Program-made: the position numbers and the translations under genes
NCBI RefSeq assembly: GCF_004010195.1
Contig: NC_057728.1
Location: forward strand, 41,644,844 to 41,708,843
Reading direction: 5' to 3'
Source: Chiloscyllium plagiosum
Lineage: Eukaryota
DNA length: 64,000 nt
Part shown: piece after piece, positions 1-13,157 of the stretch
How the letters are laid out: each line of letters starts with the position of its first letter
How positions within the stretch are numbered: position 1 is the first letter of the stretch
Notes under the pieces: model-generated
What the model was told of the DNA's origin: nothing
The model's database searches: none
The model's input: only the letters and a program-made list of their open reading frames with translations

Positions 1-214
1 CAAAGACTTAGAAATATGTTATTACTCTTATAAATGACGCATTCTACAAAGTAACTACATTTCAGAATAATGTTGTGGTCAAAATACAATTTGACAGGAG
101 ATACTTATGCTTTCCCCAGTTTGTTTAACTGTTGACCCCAACAATGCAAACTGCACAGTTTCATCAGCGTTTGCTCATAGGTGCCTGAGGAGAACCAAGA
201 AATGAAACAGAATA

Positions 215-315
215 TGGATGTGCATTAGTGAACAGATTAATAAATTCAGCTTCAGGCAACCTGCAACTCGTGAAACTCTGTCAGCATTATAATCCAAGAC
301 ATTGGCTGAAGGCAT
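215..315. repeat. Left arm of a perfect 101-bp inverted repeat (partner 1077-1177)
   Basis: tggatgtgcattagtg...gctgaaggcat is the exact reverse complement of 1077-1177 by direct comparison. Confidence 0.95.
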
Positions 316-811
316 TCAAGTAGATGGAACCAGTGTTACCAAAGAAGATTTATTACAGTCTGATCCATACCAACCTGAAGTATGGGTTGCATATGAACAT
401 GCTTCCATCGATACACCTACGATCTACTAAGGTTCATTTCTGGTAGTTTAACACAGTAAATAGTCGATAGTTCCTATGTGACAGCGCTCATTGGATACAT
501 CCCATATTGAGAGTGAGTAAAGGAACAACAGGGACCTTCAAGGAATCATTAAATTTCAATGTGTTCCCAAATAAAAATCCTTTATTGGCTTCCAATTAAT
601 CGAGACAACTGGCAGCATGGAAAGTCTTATAGCTCGTCCAATAACTATATCGTAATACACTCGTCACTTCTTCCCAGCAGGGTAGGGGTTAATAGGACAA
701 CATTGCCAAAATGGCAGAAAGAGAATCAGCACCAATCAGTTGGAGAGAACACCTTTAAGGTTACTGGCAGAACAAAGGTCAGCCCCTAAACTAGGTTCAT
801 CTATAACCATA

Positions 812-962
812 GTAAAAGCAAAATACTGCAGATGCTGGAAATCTGAAATAAAAATGGAAATAAAAATTAAAATCCAAAATGGAGAAACTCAGCTGGTCTG
901 GCAGCATCTGTGGAGAGAAAAACAGAGTTAACACTTCAAGTCAGTATGACTATTCTTCAGAT
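812..962 (-). mobile_element. Penelope-like terminal-repeat fragment
   Basis: aaatactgcagatgctggaaatctgaaa...gagttaacacttcaagtcagtatgactattcttcag. Same motif family as 15640-15822 and 52915-53045. Confidence 0.65.
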
Positions 963-1447
963 CTACAAATTGCTCCATTTACCCTCCCAAAACTATAAGT
1001 GACCTGGATTTAGCTACAATACTGGTAGCCAATTGACAATGTGAAGAATTGCCCAAACATGATCCTGCACACAAATATGCCTTCAGCCAATGTCTTGGAT
1101 TATAATGCTGACAGAGTTTCACGAGTTGCAGGTTGCCTGAAGCTGAATTTATTAATCTGTTCACTAATGCACATCCACATTCATGTCTATTCTCGTTCAT
1201 CAATAAAGTGATGGAAAAGGTCATCAACAGTTTGGGTTCCAACAGGGCCACTCAGTTCATGACCTCATTACAGCTTAGTTCAAACACAGACAAAAGAGCT
1301 AAACTTCAGAGGTAAGTGTGGCTGTCCTCTATATCAAAGCTGATTTGCCGAAGTGTGGCATTAAGGAGCCACAGCAAAACTGGAGTCAATGGGAATCAGA
1401 GGGCAGAGCCATACTCGCACAAAGATGATGGTTGTAGCTGAAGGTCA

Positions 1448-2121
1448 AAGTCAGAGAGTGTGGAAAAGCACAGCCAATCAGGCAGCATCCAAGGAAGAGA
1501 ATTGACATTTTCAGCAAAAGCTCTTCATAAGGGGGTGGCCCAAAGGGGCTGAGAAATAAATGGGAGAGGGTTGGGGCTGGGAGGAAGGTAAATGGGAATG
1601 CGATAGGTAGATGAAGGTTGAGATGAAGGTTATCGGTTGAAGAGGGTGGTGGAGTGGATAGGTGGGAAGGAAGATTGACAGGTGGGATGGTTCAAGAGGG
1701 CACTCTTCCACTCATTTTCTGCCTTGGAACCCTCCAACCACATGGAATCAATATGGATTTCACCAGTTTCCTCATTTCCCCTACCCCCACTTATCCCGGA
1801 TCTAACCTTCCACTCGGCCCTGCCCTCTTGAACTGTCCTACCTGTCCATCTTCCTTCCCACCTATCTGCTCCACCCTCCTCTCCGACCTATCACCTTCAC
1901 CCCCACTTTCATCTACCTATCGCATTACCAACTACCTTCTCCCTAGTCCCAACTCCTCCCATTTATCTCTCAGGCCCTTTGGGCCACCCCCTCATTCCTG
2001 ATGAAGTGCTTTTGCTCGAAACGTCGATTCTCCTGCTCCTTGGATGCTGTCTGATTTGCCGTGCTTTTCCAGCACCACACCCTGACCCGGATCTCCAGCA
2101 TCTGCAATACTCATTTTTTCC
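1448..2121 (+). mobile_element. Penelope-like element 3' fragment with an inverted terminal copy and a 15-bp TSD
   Basis: GIY-YIG tail LIFCLGTLQPHGINMDF. 1450-1700 is an inverted copy of about 1820-2080. Flanked by tgtagctgaaggtca (1433-1447) and tgtggctgaaggtca (2122-2136). Confidence 0.85.
1998..2025 (+). ncRNA. Minimal type I hammerhead ribozyme motif in a Penelope terminal repeat
   Basis: CTGATGA-A-GTGC-TTTT-GCTC-GAAA-CGTC: both core boxes intact, short stem II with one mismatch, minimal stem III and a GUC cleavage triplet. Confidence 0.7.
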
Positions 2122-2527
2122 TGTGGCTGAAGGTCAGTCAACTCAATCACAGGACACCTGTGCAGGAGTTCCTCAGGGTTATGTCCTCGGCTCAACCATC
2201 TTCAGCTGCTTCATTATATGATCAAGAAGTTCTCACTGATGATTGCACCATATTCAGCGCCATTCACAACTCCTCAAATACTGAGGATCATACTGATTTA
2301 AGAACAATGCAACAAAACCTGGACAATATTCAGGATCGGGCTAATGTGGCAAGTAGAAGGCTGTCTTTAATTGCAAATCAGAGTCCTGTGTTGGTTGAAG
2401 GACGCGACATCAACTCCACCTACCCCTCGAGGCTGCTCATAATAGAAATGCAATCTTTCAATACTTTTGTGGGAACTGAAGCAAATGATTAGTCCTAAGT
2501 GCTTGAGCAATTCTGCAATTCCTATCA

Positions 2528-2749
2528 GAGCTGACAATGTATTGCTGGAAAAGCATAGCAGGTCAGGCAACATCCAAGCAACAGGAGAATCGATGTTTCG
2601 GGCATGAGCCCTTCTTCAGGAATTCCTGAAGGAGGGCTCATGCCCAAAACGTCGATTCTTCTGTTGCTTGGATCCTGCCTGACCTGCTGTGCTTTTCCAG
2701 CAACACATTTTCAGCTCTGATCTCCAGCATCCGCAGTCCTCACTTTATC
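2528..2749. mobile_element. Palindromic (fold-back) Penelope terminal-repeat insertion with a 15-bp TSD
   Basis: Near-perfect palindrome centred on cttcaggaattcctgaag. Exact TSD ctgcaattcctatca at 2513-2527 and 2750-2764. Confidence 0.85.
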
Positions 2750-2800
2750 CTGCAATTCCTATCATCCATTATTAGATCTTGATTTCACAGCTAAATCACT

Positions 2801-2801
<1 letters not shown>

Positions 2802-2850
<49 letters not shown>

Positions 2851-2900
2851 ATCCCCATCCCCATCCCCATCCCCATCCCCATCCCCCATCCCCCATCCCC
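2802..2900. repeat. Poly-C run (49 nt) followed by an (ATCCCC)n microsatellite
   Basis: Seen directly. It explains the poly-P and poly-G ORFs in the track. Confidence 0.95.
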
Positions 2901-3309
2901 ACAGCTCTGCCCCAAACCCTCGCCACAAAATGAAATGTGGACAAATGATTGGAACTACCTGGCATTCTTCAGTCTGGCACCTGCAGCTCATGCTGTTGTT
3001 TAAATGAGGCTCTTTGTTAAACTTGGCTGGTATTTTCAGCTGGCATCTACCTACGTGCTAACCAATGCTCCACCCAGTGTGTTTCCTACTCACATACAGC
3101 ACTTTTGAACCTTTGTTAATTAATTAAATTAATTGATTAATTAATTAAGTGCAGTAGATCACTTGACTCTTTGTGCCTGTATTCAATAAGATCGTGGTTA
3201 ACCTGATTATGGTCTTGACTTTGCTCTCTGCCTCCTTCGTTACCTCAATTTCCTTGTAGGTCAAAAAACCTCTGCCTTTTTTGATAGGTGCAGTGACATC
3301 ATCCCATTC

Positions 3310-4075
3310 CTTACTTCACATTTGGCTTATTAGCCTTTAATGTAAAAGTGACTGATATACAAGAGTAGGAAGACTTATTGAAATTATATAGAGGCTCAGT
3401 CAGGCCACATTATTGTGTTTGAAGCCTCGGAGATACAGTATGCAGAAATAATACATTCCAGCTTATGTTTCAAAGAGTTTTATTTACAATGCTTTAAAAT
3501 GTCCATCCCCAGGTTTTCAGTGGCTTAGCTTCAGTTCACTTCTCTCTAAGTGACCATGTCCAGACTTAGCTAATCACATGCAATAAGCAATTAACAGACA
3601 AAAATAATCAAAAACAGAAGTGAGCACCAGCAATACCTGCAGGACTAGGTTCAGTTTTGACCACCTTACCCAAGAAAAAATATATTAGCCTTGCATGGAA
3701 AGCAAAAGAAGTTCACCAGACTGATGCTTGAGATGACAGAATTGTCCTGAAGAGACATTGAATAGTCTGTGTTTTATATTCCCTTGAATTTAGAAGAATG
3801 AGAGGTGATCATGTGAAATGAAATTCTTAAAGTCATAAGGCCTTGAAAGGAAGGATGTCGTCACTGTTTGGGGAGTCTGAAAATGACATGGTCCCAGTCT
3901 AACAGTAAAGAGATGGTCACTTCAGACAGATGAGGAACATTTGTTCTGTGAAATTTTCCACCCAAGAGAGCACTGTAAATGCTCAGAGGTGGAATTGAGG
4001 TGGAAGGTCAGCCGCGGTCTTACTGAATGTCAGAACAGTCTTGGTGAGCTGAATGGTCAATCTGAGCTCTTTGTT
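3310..4075 (+). mobile_element. Old CR1 LINE 3' fragment, with an unrelated insert at about 3410-3635
   Basis: Diverged CR1 3' motifs (gtcaggccaca, gttcaccagactgat, tttagaagaatgagaggtgatc). Confidence 0.6.
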
Positions 4076-4819
4076 TTACCTCCTCTGAAAGAGGTACCTC
4101 TTTATTGGTTTCCCTCAAGAATTTCTCTTGACTGAACTTTCCACTTGAGTAAACGGGACTTTGAATAATTGAAAACCAATTTGGCTGCAGGAAGTATCAC
4201 AGCCATTAAAATCCTAACTCTCATATGACTACACAATTCTCAATGGGAAGGCAGTCAATCGTGTGCAGACTGACTTATCTTTACATAAGCCAGGTTGCTG
4301 ACGGGATTGACATGTTCATGACCTGGATAAGGTCAATCGCAGAACTGACTTCTTGTGGGATTACTGGGATCTTGTGGCTTACATGGATCAAAGACTCATT
4401 GAAAAAAAAAAGTGCCAAGTCATTGAGGAAGCTCCAATAATATATTCAAACTCAATCATGTTGGTAAGTCGCTCCAATATTTTAATTAGTAACCATGGAA
4501 TTTTTTTTTTTAAATGCAATATTTTACTGAACATCTTAAATTTCAAGAGTGCAGGAATCACAAAGCAACTTATGCAGCATGTCTCTGAAGTAAATATTTC
4601 ATAAGGGAACTGTGATGTTCCAGGTCACTATAGTTCGGTGATATCAGTGACTGAATTGAATGGTTCCTGCTTTTTAAGCAACTCTCCTGGCAAAAGTATT
4701 GTGCAAAACATTAAGTCTGATAGTGATACTCTTAGGGTCAGACCAGCAAAAATATATTATAAATTGTCAATGCTTTTAAATGTGACACCATTTATATCAG
4801 GAGTTCATGTACTAAGCAG

Positions 4820-6890
4820 GTGACAGAAAGCTGGGTGGGAGGATGAGCTGTGAGGACAATGCAGAAATACTTCAGAGTATTTGGACAAGCTGGTAGAATG
4901 GGCAGATGCAGTATGTTGTGGATAAATGTGAAGTAACAACTTTAGTAGCAAAACAGCAAGATAGATTATTATCCGATGGACTAATAATTGAGAGAGAGGA
5001 GTATGCAATAAGACCCGGGTGTCCTTGTATGCCAGTCACTGAAAGTAAGTATACAAGGGAGAACTAGCCATTTAGGAACAGAACTGGCTCAAAGATAGAA
5101 GACAGAGGGTGGTGGTGGAGGGTTGTTTTTCAGACTGGAGGCCTGTGACCAGTGGAGTGCCACAAGGATCGGTGCTGGGTCCTCTACTTTTTATCATTTA
5201 CATAAATGACTCAGATGCAAGCATAAGTGGTAATGGTTAAGTAAGTTTGCAGATGATACCAAAATTGGAGGTGTAGTGGACAGTGAAGAAGGTTAACTCC
5301 GATTACAACAGGATCTTGACCAGATGGGCCAATGGGCCGAGAAGTGGCAGATGGAGCTTAATTCAGATAAATGCGAGTTGCTGCATTTTGGGAAATCAAA
5401 TCTTAGCAGGACTTTTACACTTAATGGTAAGGTCCGAGGGAGTGTTGCTGAACAAAGAGACCTGGGAGTATAGGTTTATAGCTCCTTCAAAGTGGAGTTG
5501 AAGGTAGATAGGATAGTGAAGGCGACGTTTGGTCTGCTTTCCTTTATTGGTCAGAGTATTGAATACAGGAGTTGGGAGGTCATGTTGCGGCTCTACAGGA
5601 CATTGGTTAGGCCACTGTTGGAATATTGTGTGCAATTCTGGTCTCCTTCCTATCGGAAAGGTGTTCTGAAATTTGAAAGGGTTCAGAAAAGATTTACAAG
5701 GATGTTGCCAGGGTTGGAGGATTTGAGCTCAGGGAGAGGCTGAACAGGCTGGGGCTGTTTTCCCTGGAGCGTCGGAGGCGGAGGGGTGACCTTAGAGGTT
5801 TACAAAATTATGAGGGGCATGGATAGGATAAATAGGCAAAGTCTTTTCCCTGGGGTGGGGGAATCCAGAACTAGAGGGCATAGGTTTAGGGGGAGGGGAA
5901 AAGATATAAAAGGGGTCTCTTTTTCACACAGAGGGTGGTACGTGTATGGAATGAGCTGCCAGAGGAAGTGTTGGAAGCTGGTACAATTGCAACATTTAAG
6001 AGGCATTTGGATGGGTATATGAATAGGAAGGGTTTGGAGGGATATGGGCCGGGTGCTGGCAGGTGGGCCTAGATCAGGTTGGGTTGGACCGAAGGGTCTG
6101 TTTCCATGCTGTACAACTCTATGGCTCTATGACCCTAAATGCAGCAAGTAGTCATGAAGGTAAATGGGATGACAGCTTTCATGGTGAGAGGATTTGAGTA
6201 CAGAAACATGGATGTTTTGCTGTAATTAGACAGGGTAATAATGAGACCACATTTGGAACACTGCGTGCAGTCTTGGTCTTCTCATCGGTGTAAGGATGTC
6301 TTTGCTGGAGGGTGCAGTGAAGGTTTACTAGACGGATTCTTGGAATGGCAAGATTGACATATGAAGAGAGGGTGAATTAGTTAGAATTACATTCACTGGC
6401 CTTCAGAGGAATATGGGGAATCTCATAGAAACCTAAAAGAATTCTAACAGGACTAGACAGAGTAGATGCAGGAAAGATGTACTCAATGAAAGGGACGTTC
6501 AGAATCAGGGATCACAATCCAAGGATATAGAGTAAACCATTTAGGATTGAGATAAACTGAAATTTCTTCACCCAGAGAGTGGAGAGTCTGAAGAATTCAC
6601 TATCTAAAAGTTGTTGATGCCATATTATTATATAGTGTCATAGAGGCCTGCAGAATGGAAACAGGCCCTTCAGCCCAACTTACCCATTTTCACAATTAAA
6701 CTAGTTATACTATTTGACTACAAGAAAGAGCTCGATGTAGCACTTGGAGCTAAAGCAATCACAGGATATAGCAGAAAAGCGACAGCAGGCCACTTAGTTG
6801 GAGACTGCTCATAAGATACGCAACGCTCACAACGAATGGCAGAGCAGCCTCGATGGATTGAATAGCTTACTCCTGTTACTCTTTTCCATA
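4820..6890 (+). mobile_element. Older CR1 LINE 3' portion hosting a younger CR1
   Basis: CR1 motifs at 4820-5055 resume at 6137-6890 (gagaccacatttggaacactgcgtgcag, ttcttcacccagagagtgg). Confidence 0.75.
5057..6132 (+). mobile_element. Young HER1/CR1 LINE, 5'-truncated
   Basis: gtgccacaaggatcggtgctggg (VPQGSVLG), tttgcagatgatacc (FADDT), ORF LYRTLVRPLLEYCVQFWSP and a ctctatg-type tail. Confidence 0.95.
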
Positions 6891-8479
6891 TTTCTATTTT
6901 TACAAAGCTTCAAAGTTGTCAGTAGGTTAAATAGAAGAGAGATTTGCCATGGACAGTATTCAGGTACACAACTGCAAACAGACCACTTCTGAACTATCTG
7001 ATGACATTAATGACTAACTGCTCGTGCCCTCTCATATCTTTAGGCAATTAATGTAAAAACAGGGAAATGGCATTAACAGGACAGATATTTTCAGAAAGCT
7101 GGAATAGGCATGATGATCTGAATGGCTTCCTACTGTGCTGTGAGATTCAATGACTGATTATATAATCTCTAACATTAGTGTACTGCCAACCAAATATGCC
7201 TCAACTGCCCCTATAAAAGTTAATTTTATTCCCACAATTTAAAACATAATGATTCAAAATTACATTGACTAACATGAGGCAATATTACAGGGAATGATTT
7301 TGAAAATGAGCATGCATTATAGAGGTATTTCATTTTTAATCTACATAATTGCCTTATAATGCATTAACTTGTAGTCAATTGCTTTTTTAATGTTTAAATG
7401 AAATTACCCACAAACATTCAAAGGAATTTTGAGTTAAAGTTCACAGTATACTATATATGTTGACAAGTTCCTGAATTAAACCATGACATTCCTGCAATTT
7501 TTCTCTGCATACCTCATTAATATGCTACTGCTCTTGACTAAAGAACTGTGGTCTGCCAAGTTGCTCATGATTTTCACACTGGAGTAAGTGGAATGCAATT
7601 AGTTATCTTTGCCTAATTTTGTCCATTTGTAGCATACACAATTCAGTAACACAGTACATCAAGTGACTCTGTCCAGGACCATTAAACTGCTGAACAATCA
7701 GGAATTCCATACAGACAGTCAATCATTTTTTCAATGGAATTTTGTGCTCCAAAGCAGCAGACAGGTAACTCACTCGACAGCTTCTGCCAAGGCTCCTTTA
7801 TGAAATGCAGGAATTGCAAAAGGGTAGCTTTGGATCACATTCCTACATTGTGAAGTACTACTGGATTTCCATGTGGTAGCTACCTATTGAACTAACTGAG
7901 ATTGGTAACCAAACCTGTGTCCCACCATATGTTTGAAATCACAGCATCTTGGCAACTTAAAGGCTTGTTAGTGTATAATTTAACAGATGCCACATTTGCC
8001 TTTCAGTGCTCAAAAGGCTATGTGAAATCAGCATGCTATCCACCCCAGAAGTGGAGAGCATTAAGGTCAATTGAAGTGACAAACTGCTGGCCCACCTGAT
8101 ATCAATTAATTCACCACAGGCAGGGAATGCAACTTGCTGGTTGTATGGCTCAGTTATTCCCTGTCTTAATTAGATGAATTGTCTGGGAGAAGTCTTGGAA
8201 TGCCTTTTTATATTATGCACTTAAAATTAAAACAAAGCTGGAATGTGAGAATATAATCAGGCTTATCAGTTCTCATACATGCCACCCAGCAAAAATCTAA
8301 ACTTAAATAAAACTTTTATGTGAAGTGATTCTGTATTATTAAAGTGCTAACAAATTAACATTTTGTACGACAAGTTTAATTTGATATTAACCACTGCTAC
8401 CACTGCATCAGGTATGCAGATAGGATCCAGTGTACCTTGAACAAACACAGGTAGCTCAATAAAGATATTAAAATATAGT

Positions 8480-8840
8480 TTTTAGTTTTTCAAAAATTCT
8501 TTCATGGGCATTTGAACATTGTTGGCAAAGCAAATATTTGTCACCCACCTCTAATTACTTGAGACATTGCTGGTGAGGTGTATTCTTAAATGAGACCATC
8601 TGATGTAGGTACACATTCAGTCCCATATGCAGGCCAGTCCTAGGATTTTAACCCAGCGACAGTGACACAATTCCAAGTCAGGAATGTGAGAGACTTGGAG
8701 CCAAACTTGCAAGTGGTGGCATTCCTACAAATCTGCTGCCCTTGTCCTTCTTAGGTCATTGAAATTGCAGGTTTGGAAGGGCTTTCAAAGTAGTCTTGGA
8801 GTGTTGCTGCAATGCATCTAATATACATGGTATACATATG
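8480..8840 (-). mobile_element. LINE-B 3' end fragment
   Basis: Reverse complement resembles the 3' end at 20850-21170 (ttccaagtcagg, aacttgcaagtggtggcattcc). Confidence 0.55.
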
Positions 8841-11824
8841 TGCACAGGATAAAGCAAATTGGCCATTTAGGGGGCACAAAAGATCCAAAAGTACTATTCA
8901 GAACAGATGGGTTTTCCAATTGCTCCAAGCCAGCACCACTAAAATGAGTTCTTTCATTACTGTTGTGGGATCATGCTGTGAACAAATTAGCTGCTGCAAT
9001 TGTTTACATTACAACAGTGACAATTTCAAACATATGAAATTTGGGGTGTTCAAATACGTGACAGGCACTCTACAAACACAAATTCATTCTTTTTTGCCTG
9101 CACTGTTTGAGGACAGCCATTGCATTACAGGGTGCTCAGCAATTCTACAGTAGTGTGTGTTTTGAATGAGATACTCGTACAAGTAAATTACACAATGATT
9201 AATAGTCAACTACTTTCTGTACCTCTTAATGTTGCTGCATATTCACATAATTAAAAACTGTTTCACGCTGCAATTCAGCAGAAATTATTTTCAAAGGGTT
9301 ATTTTGAGTTGAAAATTACATTTAAGATTCTGAAGTTTGGGATGAGAAAGTTAATTATTAATTTCAAATATTTTTTTTTTACAATTGTTAGAAAATTTTC
9401 ATGCTCATCTGAAGTATTTACAAAGTGCATTGCTCTGCTATCATGCCCAATTAACTGCAAAAATTGGGCATCAATATAAGACAGTTGAGCTAGTGATACA
9501 GAAAAAAGGTGTTTTCACTACAGTCTAGCTTAATCCTAATTTGATTATATACCCAAATTATCAAGAATAGGAAACCTGCCTGGTTATCTTTTCCCCCTAA
9601 CGTGAAGTGAATTAAGTTCAAATGTAGCCCCTGCTGGTGTCCTTGCTGAGATTTGGCATAGACCTGGGATCAATCTGCATTTTCATGCTTTTTGTGCTTC
9701 AGATTTACGACAGGCAGAACATTTCTCAATGAGCAACTAGAGCAAGTGGCTTTGGCTCTGTATCTATTTCCCAGTAACCTCATTAGTTCTCAGTGTCATA
9801 TCAAGCTCATGTATCATTGCAACTCTTGGCAGATTTAGATGCAGCACCTTCAATAAACAGATTATGGGAAACCACACTGAATAAATAATGAGTAAATCAT
9901 TTCATGAACAGCAATAGGGAACAACGCACTTCTATTGTGTTACCAAACTCAACTGTGGCCTTTTAAAAACACAGGAAAGTGGATACTACAACTTTAAATT
10001 TTAAAAGTAACATCAAAAGGTAATATATCCATTTCAAGTATGCATTGCTAATGCAAGGCTTCCGTTCTACACTAAGTCACTGATTAAACTAATGACTCAT
10101 GCCAGGTATAAAATCACAGCTGGATCTGCAGACTCTGGGCCTGAAAGCCAAGTTCAATATTTTGCCTATGATGCATGCTTGTACTATAAAAAGGATCTGA
10201 TATTTGACTCTAAACATCTTCCTTCAGTTAGTTCACAATTGGAGCTTTTCTTAGTCCTCCTGCTCCATTTCAAGAGTGCAGTATGAATCACAATCATGTG
10301 CCTCACCCTCCTTGCCAAATTATTTCCTCCTGCTGCTGTCAAGTTCCCCGAGTCCCCTGCCAATAGTTTCTGTCGTACAGCCAAGGATTAGCCATGTGAG
10401 CAACAGAGTGTGTGCTTTCTAAAAAGAGCCATAAAGATATTCTGTATGAACAAGCAGATAGGAAAGGGCTCAGAAATGTAGAAGGGAAAGTCAATGAGTA
10501 GGTGAAAAAGCCCAGAGTATGACTGGACATTTGCAAACATTTATTGGATTTGGTCTCAGCTTCAATGCAAATCTGCAATTTGACAACAGCAGTTAGGTCC
10601 TCCTCCTGCACAATAAGTATAATAATGATCAGCAAGATCTTTGCTTCAGACTAACGTCTGAAGGCTGAGCAGCCCACAACTCAGATGCAGGACACAATTC
10701 TATTCTCTGCATTGTTCCTGATTGGTTAAGCATGAACGGATAGGTGAACAACTGCCAGCTGGCACAGGGAAAGGATTACCAGAATGCTTCCAGTGCAAGA
10801 AGGGAAAGACTGCACAGCACACTGATATCTCACACAAAAACAGTTGCTGGCACATGTGACTGCATACAATTCCATGTGTATTTCACTTTTAAGAGTAGAT
10901 AGTTCCAATTATATACAAAGAAAGGTAATACAGTACAGTCCAAGTTCTGGCACAGACAACTGTGCACTTCGGAAGCAATGAAGTGGCCAACCACCCAATC
11001 AGCTGTAGAGTAGTTCACATACTTGGCCACTTTGTTTTTCTCTCTCCAGAAGTGTTTCTAGGAAGCAATTTGTAAAATAAAAATCCTACAGGAAACAGTG
11101 GGCAGTTCAAAAAAATTAAATGGGGAAGACACAAGAAAGAGTAGAAAAGAAAACTTCCGTTTGCTGCTGTTATTCCTTTCTGAATGTTTTCAAAAAGTAT
11201 TGAACATTGCAGTTCAATTCAAAATGTATTTACTATACTTTATTAAATAAGTTGTTCTCTCCCAGGTTTTAGCATTGTATTGTACAAAAAATCTGAATGT
11301 TAACACTGTTATAGGTCCCAATATATAGGTTGACCCTGCATACAAAATAAGCACATTTATCTTCACCAAGAATCATATTCAGACCTGCATTGGCTAACAC
11401 ATGCTACATTCATGGAAGAATTAGCCTCAAATTTTCACCTCAAAAATTCACGCTTTACTTGGTCTACTAGTAGATACATGGATCCAGCTGAAGATGTAGG
11501 TCATTTTGCCCAGCCGATGTGGGGTAGCTTATCTAATTCCCACAAGCGCACCCAACGGGAACTGGTAAACAGGAATGGATCCTCTGACAAAAAGAATAAA
11601 GTATGAAGCTGGTTATAAGCTAAAAGTTGTAACATTTGCTAACTCATCAAATAACTGTGTTGCAGCGAAGGAATTTGGTGTTAGCGAAAAACTGGTGCAA
11701 GAATGGAAGATGAAGGAATTCGCTCTGAAGAATATGCCGAAGACCAAATGTATCATGAGATCAGTGTACAGCCTGATCTTGAGGCTGTTTCAGGAGGGCT
11801 CCTCAAAAAACATTGGGATGGCTT

Positions 11825-12580
11825 GTTATGAATAAAAAGACTTCTGTTTTGAGACTGTTTCTTTAATCTTGGGTAAATGGGAGAAACAACATGTATCATG
11901 TGGCCTTTTGAGAATGCTGTCCAATATCACTTGGTTGCTATGGGAACATTGTTCATCATGCAGAACCTGATTGCACCTAGATTTAAGAGAAGGAGTTAAT
12001 GAGGATTTTGAGGAGGCTGGAAAATTCGTCTAGCAAGGGCCGGAAGGAAGGAATCTCCAGTGTACCCTCGCAGTGAAAATCAGTTTGAAGATTAGATTTT
12101 TGGGGCCGGGAAAAGAAAACATACCCTCAGTTGTGGAGTATAAAATGGAGACTGGCTCCTGGAGAATATGTAAAGTAAACTGTAAAGGTAGATTTTTTTT
12201 GAAATGTTTAAAAGCTAAATGGGGAATTTCCTGTCAATAGTTTAGGGTTTAAGTTGCCTTTTCTGAATAGGTTTTAGACTACCTCCCAAACTTCTTCTGA
12301 CTGTGATGCCATCGAGGCTTGAAAATTCTCACAACAATATAGTGACCATCAAGGAGCGGGAAGAGAAGATTCATAAAAGCAGGCATCACTGCCTCAGAGT
12401 TCGCGACCCCAAAGTTTCAGCTCGCAACCCCACTTTGGGAAGTCCTAGCTTAGACAATGTTGCTTCTGGATTGCTAAAGTAAAGTAAAGCATTAAAACTT
12501 GAAGGTTTGTTTTGTAATTCTTTCAACCAGTGATTCAAGTTCAAATGACATTTTAAAAAGTTTATACTGTGATCATAATA
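11825..12580 (+). mobile_element. Probable solo LTR inserted in the pogo transposase
   Basis: Begins tgttatg and ends gatcataata. It splits the transposase reading, which resumes as IVTKNV. No clear TSD. Confidence 0.45.
12280..12450 (+). mobile_element. hAT/Charlie-like terminal fragment
   Basis: cgcgaccccaaagtttcagctcgcaaccccactttgggaagtccta resembles Charlie-type subterminal and TIR sequence. Confidence 0.45.
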
Positions 12581-13157
12581 CGTTCATTGTCACTAAAAAT
12601 GTAAGGTGTACATAATGCATTTAAGTGAGTCAAATCAAACTTTGAGTTCAGCAATGACTTCAGACCATCAGCTAGTTTGTGGAGCTGCCTTATGGAACAA
12701 AATCTTCAAGGGATGTAGCAGAAAACCAAGATTGCTCAGGGATTATCAAATGATGCTAGTGACAAAATCACCAATTTTCCACAACTGATCACTGACAGCA
12801 GCAAAAACACGTGTCTTTTTAATGTTACATCAATGCCGTGGAAGAAATGCCATGAATTTGAATATGCACAGCAGCCGAACATTGCAGTGAAAAATTTAAA
12901 AAACATTTCCAGTGAGAACCACAGAACATGAGAAGACAGAATTAACAGATCTGCATGGCCAACAGATTAAAATTTAAGCCTCTGATTATTTGAAATGTCA
13001 AAGCACGTCAAACTTCTGTCAGGAATCTTTGTATATGTCCACGGCAAGTTAAATGGATGACAACGCTGTAAAGTTGTGAAGATAAGGTGAAGAATAAGTA
13101 TCCCAGTGGCTCTCAGAGGATGTGGCTTATTAACTTGTGATATCTTCAGATCCTACT

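Larger units (their letters stand above)
980..2360 (+). mobile_element. Decayed LINE of a second CR1/L2-supergroup family (here 'LINE-B'), RT region, interrupted by a Penelope insertion
   Basis: RT-like remnants such as ataaagtgatggaa, gcaggagttcctcagggt (GVPQG), ctcggctcaaccatcttcagctgcttcat and ctgatgattgcac. Homologous to 19755-21170 and 45200-46680. Confidence 0.75.

Noticed and set aside
2762..3003. Proline-rich and glycine-rich ORFs resembling formin or WASP-type proteins
   Set aside because: They are translations of the poly-C and (ATCCCC)n repeat.
3116..3148. AT-rich palindromic (TTAA)n stretch
   Set aside because: Low-complexity simple repeat with no further support.
11575..11835. 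Calling the BrkDBD ORF a POGK gene
   Set aside because: No KRAB domain or exon structure, and the downstream transposase is full of stops and insertions.
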